Below, piece after piece: positions 16,718 through 24,207 of a stretch of 36,506 nucleotides of DNA; the stretch's first letter is position 1, and every line of letters begins with the position of its first letter. Under the pieces are notes generated by a model that saw only the letters and a list, made by a program, of their open reading frames with translations, was not told the DNA's origin and did not search any database. Origin of the DNA: Pseudomonadota bacterium (GTDB lineage: Bacteria; Bdellovibrionota; FAC87; UBA2466). The DNA is taken from the NCBI GenBank assembly GCA_043767805.1, contig JAYUGC010000056.1, positions 1-36,506 on the forward strand. The letters are read 5' to 3'. The position numbers were made by a program, and so were the translations under genes.

Positions 16718-17578
16718 ATGGAAAACTGGACGGCCCGCCTCAATGGCAAGACGATGCCCCTAACCGAGGTGCGGATATCGCCCATGGATCGCGGCTTTCT
16801 CTTCGGAGACGCGGTCTACGAGGCCATGAGAATCTATTCAGGTAAGGCCTTCCTTTTAGAGCCTCACCTCCAGCGCCTTCACCGCAGCCTCGATTGTTTG
16901 CGGATTACCGGAGTCGACATCAACTCGGTTCGCCGGGACATCGAGGAAGTTATCAAGGCCTCCGGGGAAAAAGAGTCCGTGGTGTACTTGCAGATCTCCC
17001 GCGGGACCGCGCCCACTCGCTCGCATTATTTTCCGGCAGGTCAGGTTCAGCCGACCATTTTCCTCTATTGCGCGCCGTTCCTGGATCCGCAGAAGGATAG
17101 CCGCCGTGACGGCGGCTCCGCGATCACCCAGCTCGATCAGCGTTGGGGCCGCGTGGACATCAAGACGGTAAATCTGCTCGGTAACGTGCTGGCCTCTCAA
17201 GCGGCTAAGGAAGCCGGCGCGTACGAAGCTATTTTGGTTACTAAAGACGGTGAAGTGACCGAGGGTACCCACACCAACGTGTTCGGTGTCGTCGGCGGGA
17301 TCTTGCGCACCAAGCCGCTGTCTCATGCCATCCTTCCGGGAATTTCCCGCGACTACGTGCTCGATCTCGCGCGCGGACTAAATATTAAATACGAAGAGCG
17401 CGCGTTGACGGTGCAAGAGCTGAAAGTCGCCTCCGAAGTCTTCGTCACGGCTACCACCACGGAAGTGATGCCCATTACGAAAATCGACGCCTGGACGGTG
17501 GGAGCGGGCAAGCCCGGTCCCATGACTTGCCAGCTTCGCGAAGCTTTCTCCGAAGCTATTCAGAAATTCCGCAAATAG
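16718..17578 (+). CDS. dat: Class IV PLP aminotransferase, D-amino-acid aminotransferase-like
   Basis: DRGFLFGDAVYE, YLQISRG...RSH.FP, RW.RVDIKTVNLL (PLP Lys), EGTHTN, ILPGISR; AAGGAG SD. Confidence 0.88.
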   Translation: MENWTARLNGKTMPLTEVRISPMDRGFLFGDAVYEAMRIYSGKAFLLEPHLQRLHRSLDCLRITGVDINSVRRDIEEVIKASGEKESVVYLQISRGTAPTRSHYFPAGQVQPTIFLYCAPFLDPQKDSRRDGGSAITQLDQRWGRVDIKTVNLLGNVLASQAAKEAGAYEAILVTKDGEVTEGTHTNVFGVVGGILRTKPLSHAILPGISRDYVLDLARGLNIKYEERALTVQELKVASEVFVTATTTEVMPITKIDAWTVGAGKPGPMTCQLREAFSEAIQKFRK

Positions 17579-18274
17579 TCAGCGCAAGTCGAAGAGCAAG
17601 GCTTCCGTGGGAGCGCTCGCCGTGAGGGTGATTTGCGCTTCGTCCTGGACGCCGGCTCCGTCGCCGCTTTCTACCCCTTCGTCGTTCAACTTCGCCGTAC
17701 CCGAAACGATTTGAATCCACGCCGTGCGGCCTTCCTTTATCGGAAAGGCCACGGACTTGCCCGCTTCGAGGCGGGTGGCGTACACGCGAGCGTCTTGGTG
17801 GACGACTAAGTCGGCTTCGCCGGGAGGACCGACCAAAAGCCCCCATTGGTTCTTGAGCTTCAACGCGTCGAGAGATTTTTGTCCGTAACTCGGCTTTAAA
17901 CTTTTTTCCGACGGCTTGATCCAGATCTGAAGGAGCCGAATGGGCTCGGTCGCCGAAGGATTGAACTCGCTATGCTCGACGCCGGTGCCGGCCGACATGA
18001 TTTGAATGTCGCCCGCGGGAATGCGCGTGACGTTTCCCATGCTGTCTTTGTGAGCGATGGTGCCCTTCACGAGGTAAGTGAGGATCTCCATGTCGTTGTG
18101 CGGGTGGGTGCCGAAACCTTGGCCGGCCGCGATGTCGTCTTCGTTGATGACGCGAAGATCGCTAAAGCCCATGAAGCGGAGATCGCGGTAGGTCGCGAAA
18201 GAGAAGGTGTGGCGGGTTTGCAGCCACCCATGATCGAAAGTGCCTCGGGCTTCGGATTTGCGGATTTGGATCAT
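17579..18274 (-). CDS. Pirin family protein (YhhW-like)
   Basis: HGWLQTRHTFSFA, LRVINED, FGTHPHNDMEI, HKDSMGN, MSAGTGVEHSE, LQIWI. Confidence 0.95.
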   Translation of the reverse strand: MIQIRKSEARGTFDHGWLQTRHTFSFATYRDLRFMGFSDLRVINEDDIAAGQGFGTHPHNDMEILTYLVKGTIAHKDSMGNVTRIPAGDIQIMSAGTGVEHSEFNPSATEPIRLLQIWIKPSEKSLKPSYGQKSLDALKLKNQWGLLVGPPGEADLVVHQDARVYATRLEAGKSVAFPIKEGRTAWIQIVSGTAKLNDEGVESGDGAGVQDEAQITLTASAPTEALLFDLR

Positions 18275-18276
18275 AT

Positions 18277-18310
18277 AAAAAAGGGCACCTGCTTTTTGAG
18301 CAGGTGCCCT
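18277..18310 (-). terminator. Rho-independent terminator
   Basis: Perfect 12-bp stem agggcacctgct/agcaggtgccct with a T-run on the minus strand, just downstream of the 18324 stop. Confidence 0.85.
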
Positions 18311-18323
18311 CCTCGTCAAATAA

Positions 18324-18866
18324 TTACAGGTGGAACAAGACGCTCGCGCCGAGATTCGTCGAGGCCGCGCCGATACCGAAATCGGTAGCGCCGGACTGAA
18401 TGTGAACCCGGAGGCCCGCGTCCGCGATGAACATCACGCTGTCGACGATCGTGAAGTGCAAGCCGAGTAAGCCGCCGATGTTGGCGAAGAACGTGCCCGC
18501 CGCTTGCGTGGTGCCCAAGCCGAAGCCGGCGCCGAGGTGGAAACCTTTGTGCAAGCCACCGACGACCGTGAACTTAACGTCCGCGCCCACGCCGAAACCG
18601 AAATTCGGTTTCGTGCCGTCTATGGCGAGGTACGCCTGGAGGGCGGTCTTGTCGCTGAACGCAAACAAGGCCGTGATGGGCGGGGTCGTCGTGCCGGTCA
18701 GCGCCACGTTCGTGCTGACGCCGAGCCACGTGGAAGAAGGACCGGAATTGGTGTCTTCATCGACGGTACGGGTAGTGGTCGTGGTTACGACCTTTTTATC
18801 CTTCGCGTAGGAAGGAACGCCAACGAGCAGGGCCAAAGCGGCCAACGAAAATACAACTTTCTTCAT
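18324..18866 (-). CDS. Small outer-membrane beta-barrel protein
   Basis: AGGAG SD, signal peptide (SYA), Gly/aromatic alternating strands, C-terminal LGASVLFHL. Confidence 0.8.
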   Translation of the reverse strand: MKKVVFSLAALALLVGVPSYAKDKKVVTTTTTRTVDEDTNSGPSSTWLGVSTNVALTGTTTPPITALFAFSDKTALQAYLAIDGTKPNFGFGVGADVKFTVVGGLHKGFHLGAGFGLGTTQAAGTFFANIGGLLGLHFTIVDSVMFIADAGLRVHIQSGATDFGIGAASTNLGASVLFHL

Positions 18867-19023
18867 TTCTCTATACTCCTAAAAATTACCTCACTGAACG
18901 AGATGTGCCTCGTTCAAAACTTCGCCAACTTACTAGTGACTATGGCGGCTGACTACTGGGAAATGACCTCGTGGATCGAAGGGTTAGATCAGATGACGTG
19001 ATGCGTCGCATTGGAGAGTGACT

Positions 19024-19506
19024 ATGAAGATTGAAACCGTACGGCAAATTCATCTGGAAGAGGTCCGCACCCTTTGCGCTCAGCTGGGTTACGAAGTCGA
19101 AGCGGAGTTACTCGAGAAGCGTTTCGAGTGGCTGGCAAAGGACCCCGATCACTATTTCTGCGCGGCCACCGACGAGACGGGACGAGTCGTGGGATGGGGA
19201 CACGGCTTCATCGAAAAAACTTTGATAACTGGCAAGCGGCTGGTGATTGCGGCCATGGTGGTCGACGAAGGCTTTCGAAGTAAGGGCGTGGGCGCTCTGA
19301 TCCTGGGGGCCATCGAACGCTGGGGCCAAGACCAGCATTGCGAGGCCATCCGAGTCCTCTCCCGAATGACTCGAGAGCGCGCTCACGCCTTTTACGAACG
19401 AAACGGTTACTCCAAAGACAAGGTCTCCCAGGTCTTCAAGAAACCGTATCTTAAAAGGTCCGCGGAGGGCGCGCGGGAATTTACGCGGCGGGTGTTTCAG
19501 CCATAG
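19024..19506 (+). CDS. GNAT family N-acetyltransferase
   Basis: LCAQLGY, VVDEGFRSKGVG (acetyl-CoA motif A), RERAHAFYERNGY. Confidence 0.92.
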   Translation: MKIETVRQIHLEEVRTLCAQLGYEVEAELLEKRFEWLAKDPDHYFCAATDETGRVVGWGHGFIEKTLITGKRLVIAAMVVDEGFRSKGVGALILGAIERWGQDQHCEAIRVLSRMTRERAHAFYERNGYSKDKVSQVFKKPYLKRSAEGAREFTRRVFQP

Positions 19507-19606
19507 TCGGGATCGTGATTGGGGTAGGCCGTTGAACTTCTCGACATTTTCGGCGTCTTTGACAGCGCCCCGCTCTGGACACCATCCGGGAAGCGGCGAC
19601 GGAGAC

Positions 19607-19622
19607 CGGTATAGTTAATGCA
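19607..19622 (+). promoter_or_regulatory. Possible sigma54 -24/-12 promoter
   Basis: CGGTATAGTTAATGCA (GG-N10-GC). The predicted +1 lies just before the AGGGGG SD of gene 19646. Confidence 0.45.
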
Positions 19623-19645
19623 TTAAGTCAGGTCCAGGGGGCACC

Positions 19646-19996
19646 ATGCAAACACAACTGTCGACCTGCTTTACGCTATTTTTTCTGCTTGGCCTCGGAG
19701 CTTCGGCCAACGCCGATAGCTCCGGCATTGTCACCGGTCCGCTTATTCTTCAAAAAGACATAGGAATGGTTTGTGCCGCGTATGGGAGAACCCAAGGAGT
19801 AAGGGAAGAGACCGATGCCCTGCAAAGACAGGGAATTCCCTTCGAGGTGGTGGATACACGGAACCCCGAAATACCGGAAGAGATCTGTGTGTTTAAACTC
19901 TGTCGAGGCGCGGCATCAAAGAAGGGGAATGTCAGTCCCTATTTTGGCTGGCAGGAAGCGTTTGGCGCCGGAGACAGCTGCATGTTGAAACTTTAA
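19646..19996 (+). CDS. Small secreted hypothetical protein (4 Cys in mature part)
   Basis: Signal peptide ending ANA; SD present; codon style differs from flanking genes. Confidence 0.7.
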   Translation: MQTQLSTCFTLFFLLGLGASANADSSGIVTGPLILQKDIGMVCAAYGRTQGVREETDALQRQGIPFEVVDTRNPEIPEEICVFKLCRGAASKKGNVSPYFGWQEAFGAGDSCMLKL

Positions 19997-20030
19997 TTGG
20001 CGTTCCGGATTGCGATTCTTACCCGCCATC

Positions 20031-20162
20031 GCCGCAAAAATGTTTGAATCATTCACTAAAATAGGTACTTAAAATGCCGCAATTTCCGCCACATTGTTTG
20101 AATACACTATTAGGTAAGCTCGCTGGGAATGTGAAGGACCCATCCCATTTGTTGAATAGATA
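20031..20162. repeat. Three degenerate direct repeats with 54-bp period
   Basis: TTGAAT cores at 20044, 20098 and 20152, with similar flanks. Confidence 0.5.
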
Positions 20163-20188
20163 ACTTCCCTCGCCCCTTGGTGAAGTTC

Positions 20189-21529
20189 ATGAAATCCCTC
20201 TCGCCTCTTACGGTTCTATTGACGCTGGGTCTTTTCGCATCCACGGAGCCAGCCCTGGGTGAGTCTGGAGCGTGCCCCGTATTTCACTGTAACTCAGAGG
20301 CGACGAGTGTGATGTCCCTCGACATTGACAGCGCGGCCCACCCGCTTTTTTGGCAAGAAAATCAATCGGGCAACTTGGTAGCTCAGGGATGCAGTGGCGA
20401 TGGAAAAAGACTTGCGTGCCTATATTCCGTGGATAAGAGCGGCACGGGGACGCTCAAAGTCTTTGATCCTATAGAGAAGCGGCAGATTTGGGGGAGTAAG
20501 GGCTCTTACGACCTGAACGCCAGCAAGGCCGGCATGGGACAAGTCCCGTTCATTACGAGCACCGGTCAAATCCTTGCTTCGGACAATCAGTCCGTTGTTC
20601 GTTATACGTCCACGGGAGCACTCGTAAAGACTTTGAAGCTGACCGGTAGCCTGGATTCTCTCTCCTTCGGCGTCGTAGGCCTCACTCAGAATATCGGCTT
20701 GGTGAACCAGAAGAACGGAGCTCTTACCGCGTTTGATCTGGACCAATTGACGAACAAAGGATCGATACAGCTCAAGAACAATAGCGGTTCGAATGTGAGG
20801 CTGAGTTCTCCGGTAAGTGCCCATAAGAATCGGGTGTACGCCGCTACACAAGAAAGCGGCACGGGCCTCATGAATAGTTATCTGAAAGCCATCGAGGCCA
20901 CCAATAATACTCTTAGCCAAAAGTGGGAGTTTTCGTATCGGGGCATGACCGGAGCCAGCGCGGTTGTGGTACCCCCGCAAATCTCGGGCAGGGTCTACCC
21001 GATGCTTCTTCTTCATACGCCTGCTCGAGCAGGTAGTTCGACGGTCGCGGATGAGTTGGTCGCGCTCGAAGATCAAGGAAGTACTTTCAAAATTCTCTGG
21101 AGGATACCGTTATCTTCTGGAATGGAAGTGTCGCCACTTATCAACCCTGGGAAACGGCACTTTTATTTGCAGCTCAAGGGATCTCCCGCCCTGCGCACCT
21201 ATGACTTCAATGGAGTTTATCTTTCGTCCGTCAATATTCGAACCCTTGAGCCCGAGGGAATGAACTGGTCCGACCTGACATTGAATGGCCACTTGGTTGG
21301 GACCTTTACCGCCGCGACCCAAATGGTGTTTCTCTCCGGTGGAGGTGCAACCGGCCAGTTCGTCATGGGCTTGGATCCGGTAGCGGGGGCCCTCGTTTGG
21401 GCCACGCAAACCTTTTCGTCGAAGGAACAGTACACCGGAGCCTGGACGATCCAAACCCGTAGCGGAGGTAACTGTCCCATCGTATTGGGCCCGAACTCCG
21501 GGATTAGCGTGCTTTGCCCTTCTCCCTAA
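20189..21529 (+). CDS. Secreted beta-propeller-like (PQQ/BamB-repeat-like) protein
   Basis: Signal peptide; recurrent 'A/V-x-D...W' blade motifs (VFDPIEKRQIW, ALEDQGSTFKILW, GLDPVAGALVW); Cys pairs at both termini. Confidence 0.7.
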   Translation: MKSLSPLTVLLTLGLFASTEPALGESGACPVFHCNSEATSVMSLDIDSAAHPLFWQENQSGNLVAQGCSGDGKRLACLYSVDKSGTGTLKVFDPIEKRQIWGSKGSYDLNASKAGMGQVPFITSTGQILASDNQSVVRYTSTGALVKTLKLTGSLDSLSFGVVGLTQNIGLVNQKNGALTAFDLDQLTNKGSIQLKNNSGSNVRLSSPVSAHKNRVYAATQESGTGLMNSYLKAIEATNNTLSQKWEFSYRGMTGASAVVVPPQISGRVYPMLLLHTPARAGSSTVADELVALEDQGSTFKILWRIPLSSGMEVSPLINPGKRHFYLQLKGSPALRTYDFNGVYLSSVNIRTLEPEGMNWSDLTLNGHLVGTFTAATQMVFLSGGGATGQFVMGLDPVAGALVWATQTFSSKEQYTGAWTIQTRSGGNCPIVLGPNSGISVLCPSP

Positions 21530-21643
21530 CGGGAACGAGAATCGTTGTTTTGGGCTTAGACAGTATTCGGTTCGGTAAGTGCAGCGCCCTGATTTGGGCG
21601 TGGATGGCGTGGGACTCAGCGCCGGGCTTCTCGAAGCTTTTAA

Positions 21644-21766
21644 GGTGCCCCCGTCGCGACGATCCGCGATTTACTCAACTACATCTTCGAGAAGAAAGTC
21701 GGCGAGACGGTCGTGTTACACTATTACCGAAACGGCAAAAAGCTCTCTACGACTGCAAAACTTTGA
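21644..21766 (+). pseudogene. 3' remnant of an HtrA/DegP-type PDZ domain gene
   Basis: Frame reads GAPVATIRDLLNYIFEKKVGETVVLHYYRNGKKLSTTAKL*. It is preceded by an in-frame TAA with no start. Confidence 0.65.
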
Positions 21767-22269
21767 ATCGCGTTTTTACATCCGACGGAAGGCAAGCCTA
21801 CTGGGGCGGTCTCGGGATAGTCATCGGGGCCGCCGTGATGTCCCGACAGCACTCTTGGCGTGTAGGAATGGGGGTGGCCCTCGTGGCCATTCCTTTCGTC
21901 GTTTTCCTTCGCTGTATCTTCCGGCGATTTAGCAAGGTCGAGCTCTCTGAGACTCACCTCACAGGCCCTTGGCGCCACTCCATTTTTCTGCGAAGGGCAA
22001 TCCTACGGGAGAAAATTTACCGGGCGAGAAGCGGGAAGCGCTCGTTTCTAGCGAAGTGGTATGGGTACTGGGATCTTTTCACCGATACCGGAGAATGCGT
22101 GCGTGTTCCATGCGCTTTGCTCGGTCCGGAGCAAACGGAAGCGCTCATGAGCGAGCTCGGATTTGTCTCGGACGAAGCCAAGTGGGCGCGTTGGCGAAAC
22201 GACTTTGCCTGGTTCGTCTTGGCCGCTTGGACCGTCTTCGCCTACCTCATCACGAAACCCTCGCCTTAA
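21763..22269 (+). CDS. Hypothetical membrane protein (two N-terminal TM, PH-like region, C-terminal TM)
   Basis: TTG start overlaps the TGA of the PDZ remnant (TTGA). The track's 5' extension to 21514 looks non-coding. Confidence 0.55.
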   Translation: MNRVFTSDGRQAYWGGLGIVIGAAVMSRQHSWRVGMGVALVAIPFVVFLRCIFRRFSKVELSETHLTGPWRHSIFLRRAILREKIYRARSGKRSFLAKWYGYWDLFTDTGECVRVPCALLGPEQTEALMSELGFVSDEAKWARWRNDFAWFVLAAWTVFAYLITKPSP

Positions 22270-22349
22270 AAGGGGTCAGGGTCCGCGTTATTGAAAGAGT
22301 ATCGAGGCCAGTCCAACACAACGTCTGTAGTCGGCTAGGTAGCAGGGCA

Positions 22350-22592
22350 TTAGAAAGTACACCCCGCTCGTACGATCTTGACTACCCAGGCCGCGCTTTC
22401 TCGCGCTTTGTCCGCATCGGCCTTTTTGTAAAACTCGGAAGGCGTTAAGTCTTCGCTGCCATAGAAGGCAAGTTCCCGGTCCCTTCTAAGATCGTGGGAG
22501 ATGTCAGCTAGTCGCCCAAGATGTTTGTGCACGCTAGGGGGCAGGAGATCCCTCTGGTCCAATAGGATCTCACTGACATCATGGATCCTATT
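22350..22592 (-). pseudogene. 5'-truncated HEPN domain gene
   Basis: RIHDVSEIL...ISHDLRRDRELAFYGSEDLTPSEFYKKADADKA matches the C-terminal half of HEPN proteins. There is an upstream in-frame stop and no N-terminal helices. Confidence 0.75.
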
Positions 22593-22628
22593 TAGGTTCG
22601 TCGAGGAGGCGTATCAGTTTTAGTTCTG

Positions 22629-23039
22629 TCAGGGAACGGGTTTTGAATTTTTCGTTTTCTCGATGTCACCAGCGAGCTGCTGCAGCAGTTTCTTCTGCTC
22701 GGGGGTGAAGCTTTTCGCGAAACCCGCCGGGTCTTTCTGCGCTTGCTCTAAAATCTTAACCATCTTGTCTGGATCGCCGCCGGATTGCTCGGCGAGGTTT
22801 TGCATGATCAGAGCGGAGAGCTCGTACAGCTTTTGAGTATTTGCCGCATTGCCCGCGAGCGACTCGACCTGAGCGTTTACCGCTTTGGCCTTGGGGTCTT
22901 TCTTGATTTCCTCGTTCCGCTCCTGGGAAGAGCGCAAAAGCCCCATGGTCTGCTCGAGCGCTTCCTGCGCATTCTTGTCGAGCTTTTCGGCGCGCGCCGT
23001 CAGAGTTAAGAGGAGCAGGAAAAACGCGAAGAGTTTCAT
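22629..23039 (-). CDS. Secreted helical hypothetical protein
   Basis: Signal peptide MKLFAFFLLLLTLTARA; extended -10 TGATATAAT 6 nt before ATG. Confidence 0.8.
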   Translation of the reverse strand: MKLFAFFLLLLTLTARAEKLDKNAQEALEQTMGLLRSSQERNEEIKKDPKAKAVNAQVESLAGNAANTQKLYELSALIMQNLAEQSGGDPDKMVKILEQAQKDPAGFAKSFTPEQKKLLQQLAGDIEKTKNSKPVP

Positions 23040-23051
23040 CCCCCAATTATA

Positions 23052-23243
23052 TCAGCGTTTGGCGGAGGGACTGTCTACGTTACCGGCGAGTAGACCGCCG
23101 TCGATATTAAGCTCCGAGTCGGTGATGTAAGTGCTCTCGTCGCAAGCCAAGAACAAAACGGCGTGGGCGTCTTCAAGTGGGGTGCCGAAGCGTTTGAGGG
23201 GAGAGTCCTTGGTAAAAGCTTTCCTAGAGTCTTCCGGGCCGTC
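23052..23243 (-). pseudogene. 3' remnant of a short-chain dehydrogenase (SDR)
   Basis: PLKRFGTPLEDAHAVLFLACDESTYITDSELNIDGG is the SDR C-terminal motif with degenerate positions. No Rossmann or catalytic region upstream. Confidence 0.8.
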
Positions 23244-23288
23244 AACGGGCCTTGCCAAAAACGAGCCCAGGCTCCATAGCATTCCACG

Positions 23289-23678
23289 ATGGATCCTTAC
23301 TTGAATGGCGATCCCGACCGTCCTTCCACCTGGACGCAGTACCGAAACGGGCTATGCGAAGGCTGCCGCGCGGGGTGCTGCACTCTGCCCGTGGAGGTGA
23401 GCGCCTCCGATCTGCTTCGCCTCGGCGTCGCCGAGCCCGACGAGCTGGAAGGGTCTTTGAAGAAAGTGGCTCGCCGGCTGATGGCCGCGAGAATCGTGCG
23501 CTCCTTTCGAGCGACGAGCGGGCTATTTATCCTGGAGCACAGTCCGGCTGGCGAATGCATCTTTCTAGGCAAGGTCGATCGCCGCTGTACGGTGTACGAC
23601 AAGCGCCCCGACGTCTGCCGCCGCTTTCCCGAAATCGGTCCTCGGCCTGGGTTTTGTCCCGCCTCCAAGAAGCGCTAG
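23289..23678 (+). CDS. YkgJ family CxxCxxxCC cysteine-cluster protein
   Basis: CEGCRAGCC, ECIFL, RCTVYDKRPDVCRRFP. Confidence 0.9.
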   Translation: MDPYLNGDPDRPSTWTQYRNGLCEGCRAGCCTLPVEVSASDLLRLGVAEPDELEGSLKKVARRLMAARIVRSFRATSGLFILEHSPAGECIFLGKVDRRCTVYDKRPDVCRRFPEIGPRPGFCPASKKR

Positions 23679-23724
23679 CCTCCGCGATCCGACGCTTCTA
23701 TAATCGGGGCCTACTGGAGGCCTT

Positions 23725-24207
23725 ATGGTTCGCTTTACCGTTATTTTGGCCGCGGCGCTTCTTCTCGGTGCTTGCGCCTCGACCCGGGATCGAGTCATCA
23801 AAATCGATCGCGGCATGGGCTCCGAGCAGGTGCTCGAAGTCATGGGCACTCCCAAAGATCGCACCTTCCGCGGTAAACAAGAGCATTGGGTATACCCGGG
23901 CACCGACGGACAGCATGCGAAACTCGTCGTCTTCGAGAACGGCAAAGTCGTCGAACTTTTAAATGCCGACGATCAAGCCAAGGTCATGCACGAGGTGGCC
24001 ACGAACGACGTCAACACTCAAGGCGCCAAGGTGTATCACTGCGTCGGCCAGAACGACTTCGGCAAATTTCCTGACGGCGGAGGTTGCAATCTCTACGGCT
24101 GCTGGACCCCGGGTGGCTATTGCAATCAATGGGGTTGCTCCGCTCAAGGCTCTTGCAACAACAAGGGTTGCCCCAGTAAGGCAACGTCCTTCCAGTGCCA
24201 AGACTAA
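23725..24207 (+). CDS. Lipoprotein: SmpA/OmlA(BamE)-like domain plus Gly/Cys-rich repeat domain
   Basis: Lipobox LLGAC; GMGSEQVLEVMGTP...EHWVY...VVFENGKV; GxCNxxGC x3; GGAGG SD. Confidence 0.8.
   Translation: MVRFTVILAAALLLGACASTRDRVIKIDRGMGSEQVLEVMGTPKDRTFRGKQEHWVYPGTDGQHAKLVVFENGKVVELLNADDQAKVMHEVATNDVNTQGAKVYHCVGQNDFGKFPDGGGCNLYGCWTPGGYCNQWGCSAQGSCNNKGCPSKATSFQCQD

Noticed and set aside
19450..19600. Possible minus-strand gene remnant overlapping the extended GNAT C-terminus
   Set aside because: I could not recognise any family motif in the translated frames.
20031..20162. Possible mini-CRISPR array
   Set aside because: Repeats are too degenerate, the 54-bp period is short, there is no palindromic repeat and no cas genes.
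21514..21762. 5' extension of track ORF 21514-22269
   Set aside because: It overlaps the previous gene's end and the PDZ remnant in another frame; the TTGA overlap at 21763 is a better start.
19440..22273. CTTAAAAG motif at 19450 (+), 21637 (-) and 22265 (+) as possible att or inversion sites around the accessory block
   Set aside because: Only 8-9 bp; the same motif also occurs inside ordinary genes (about 12333 and 28387), and no recombinase is nearby.
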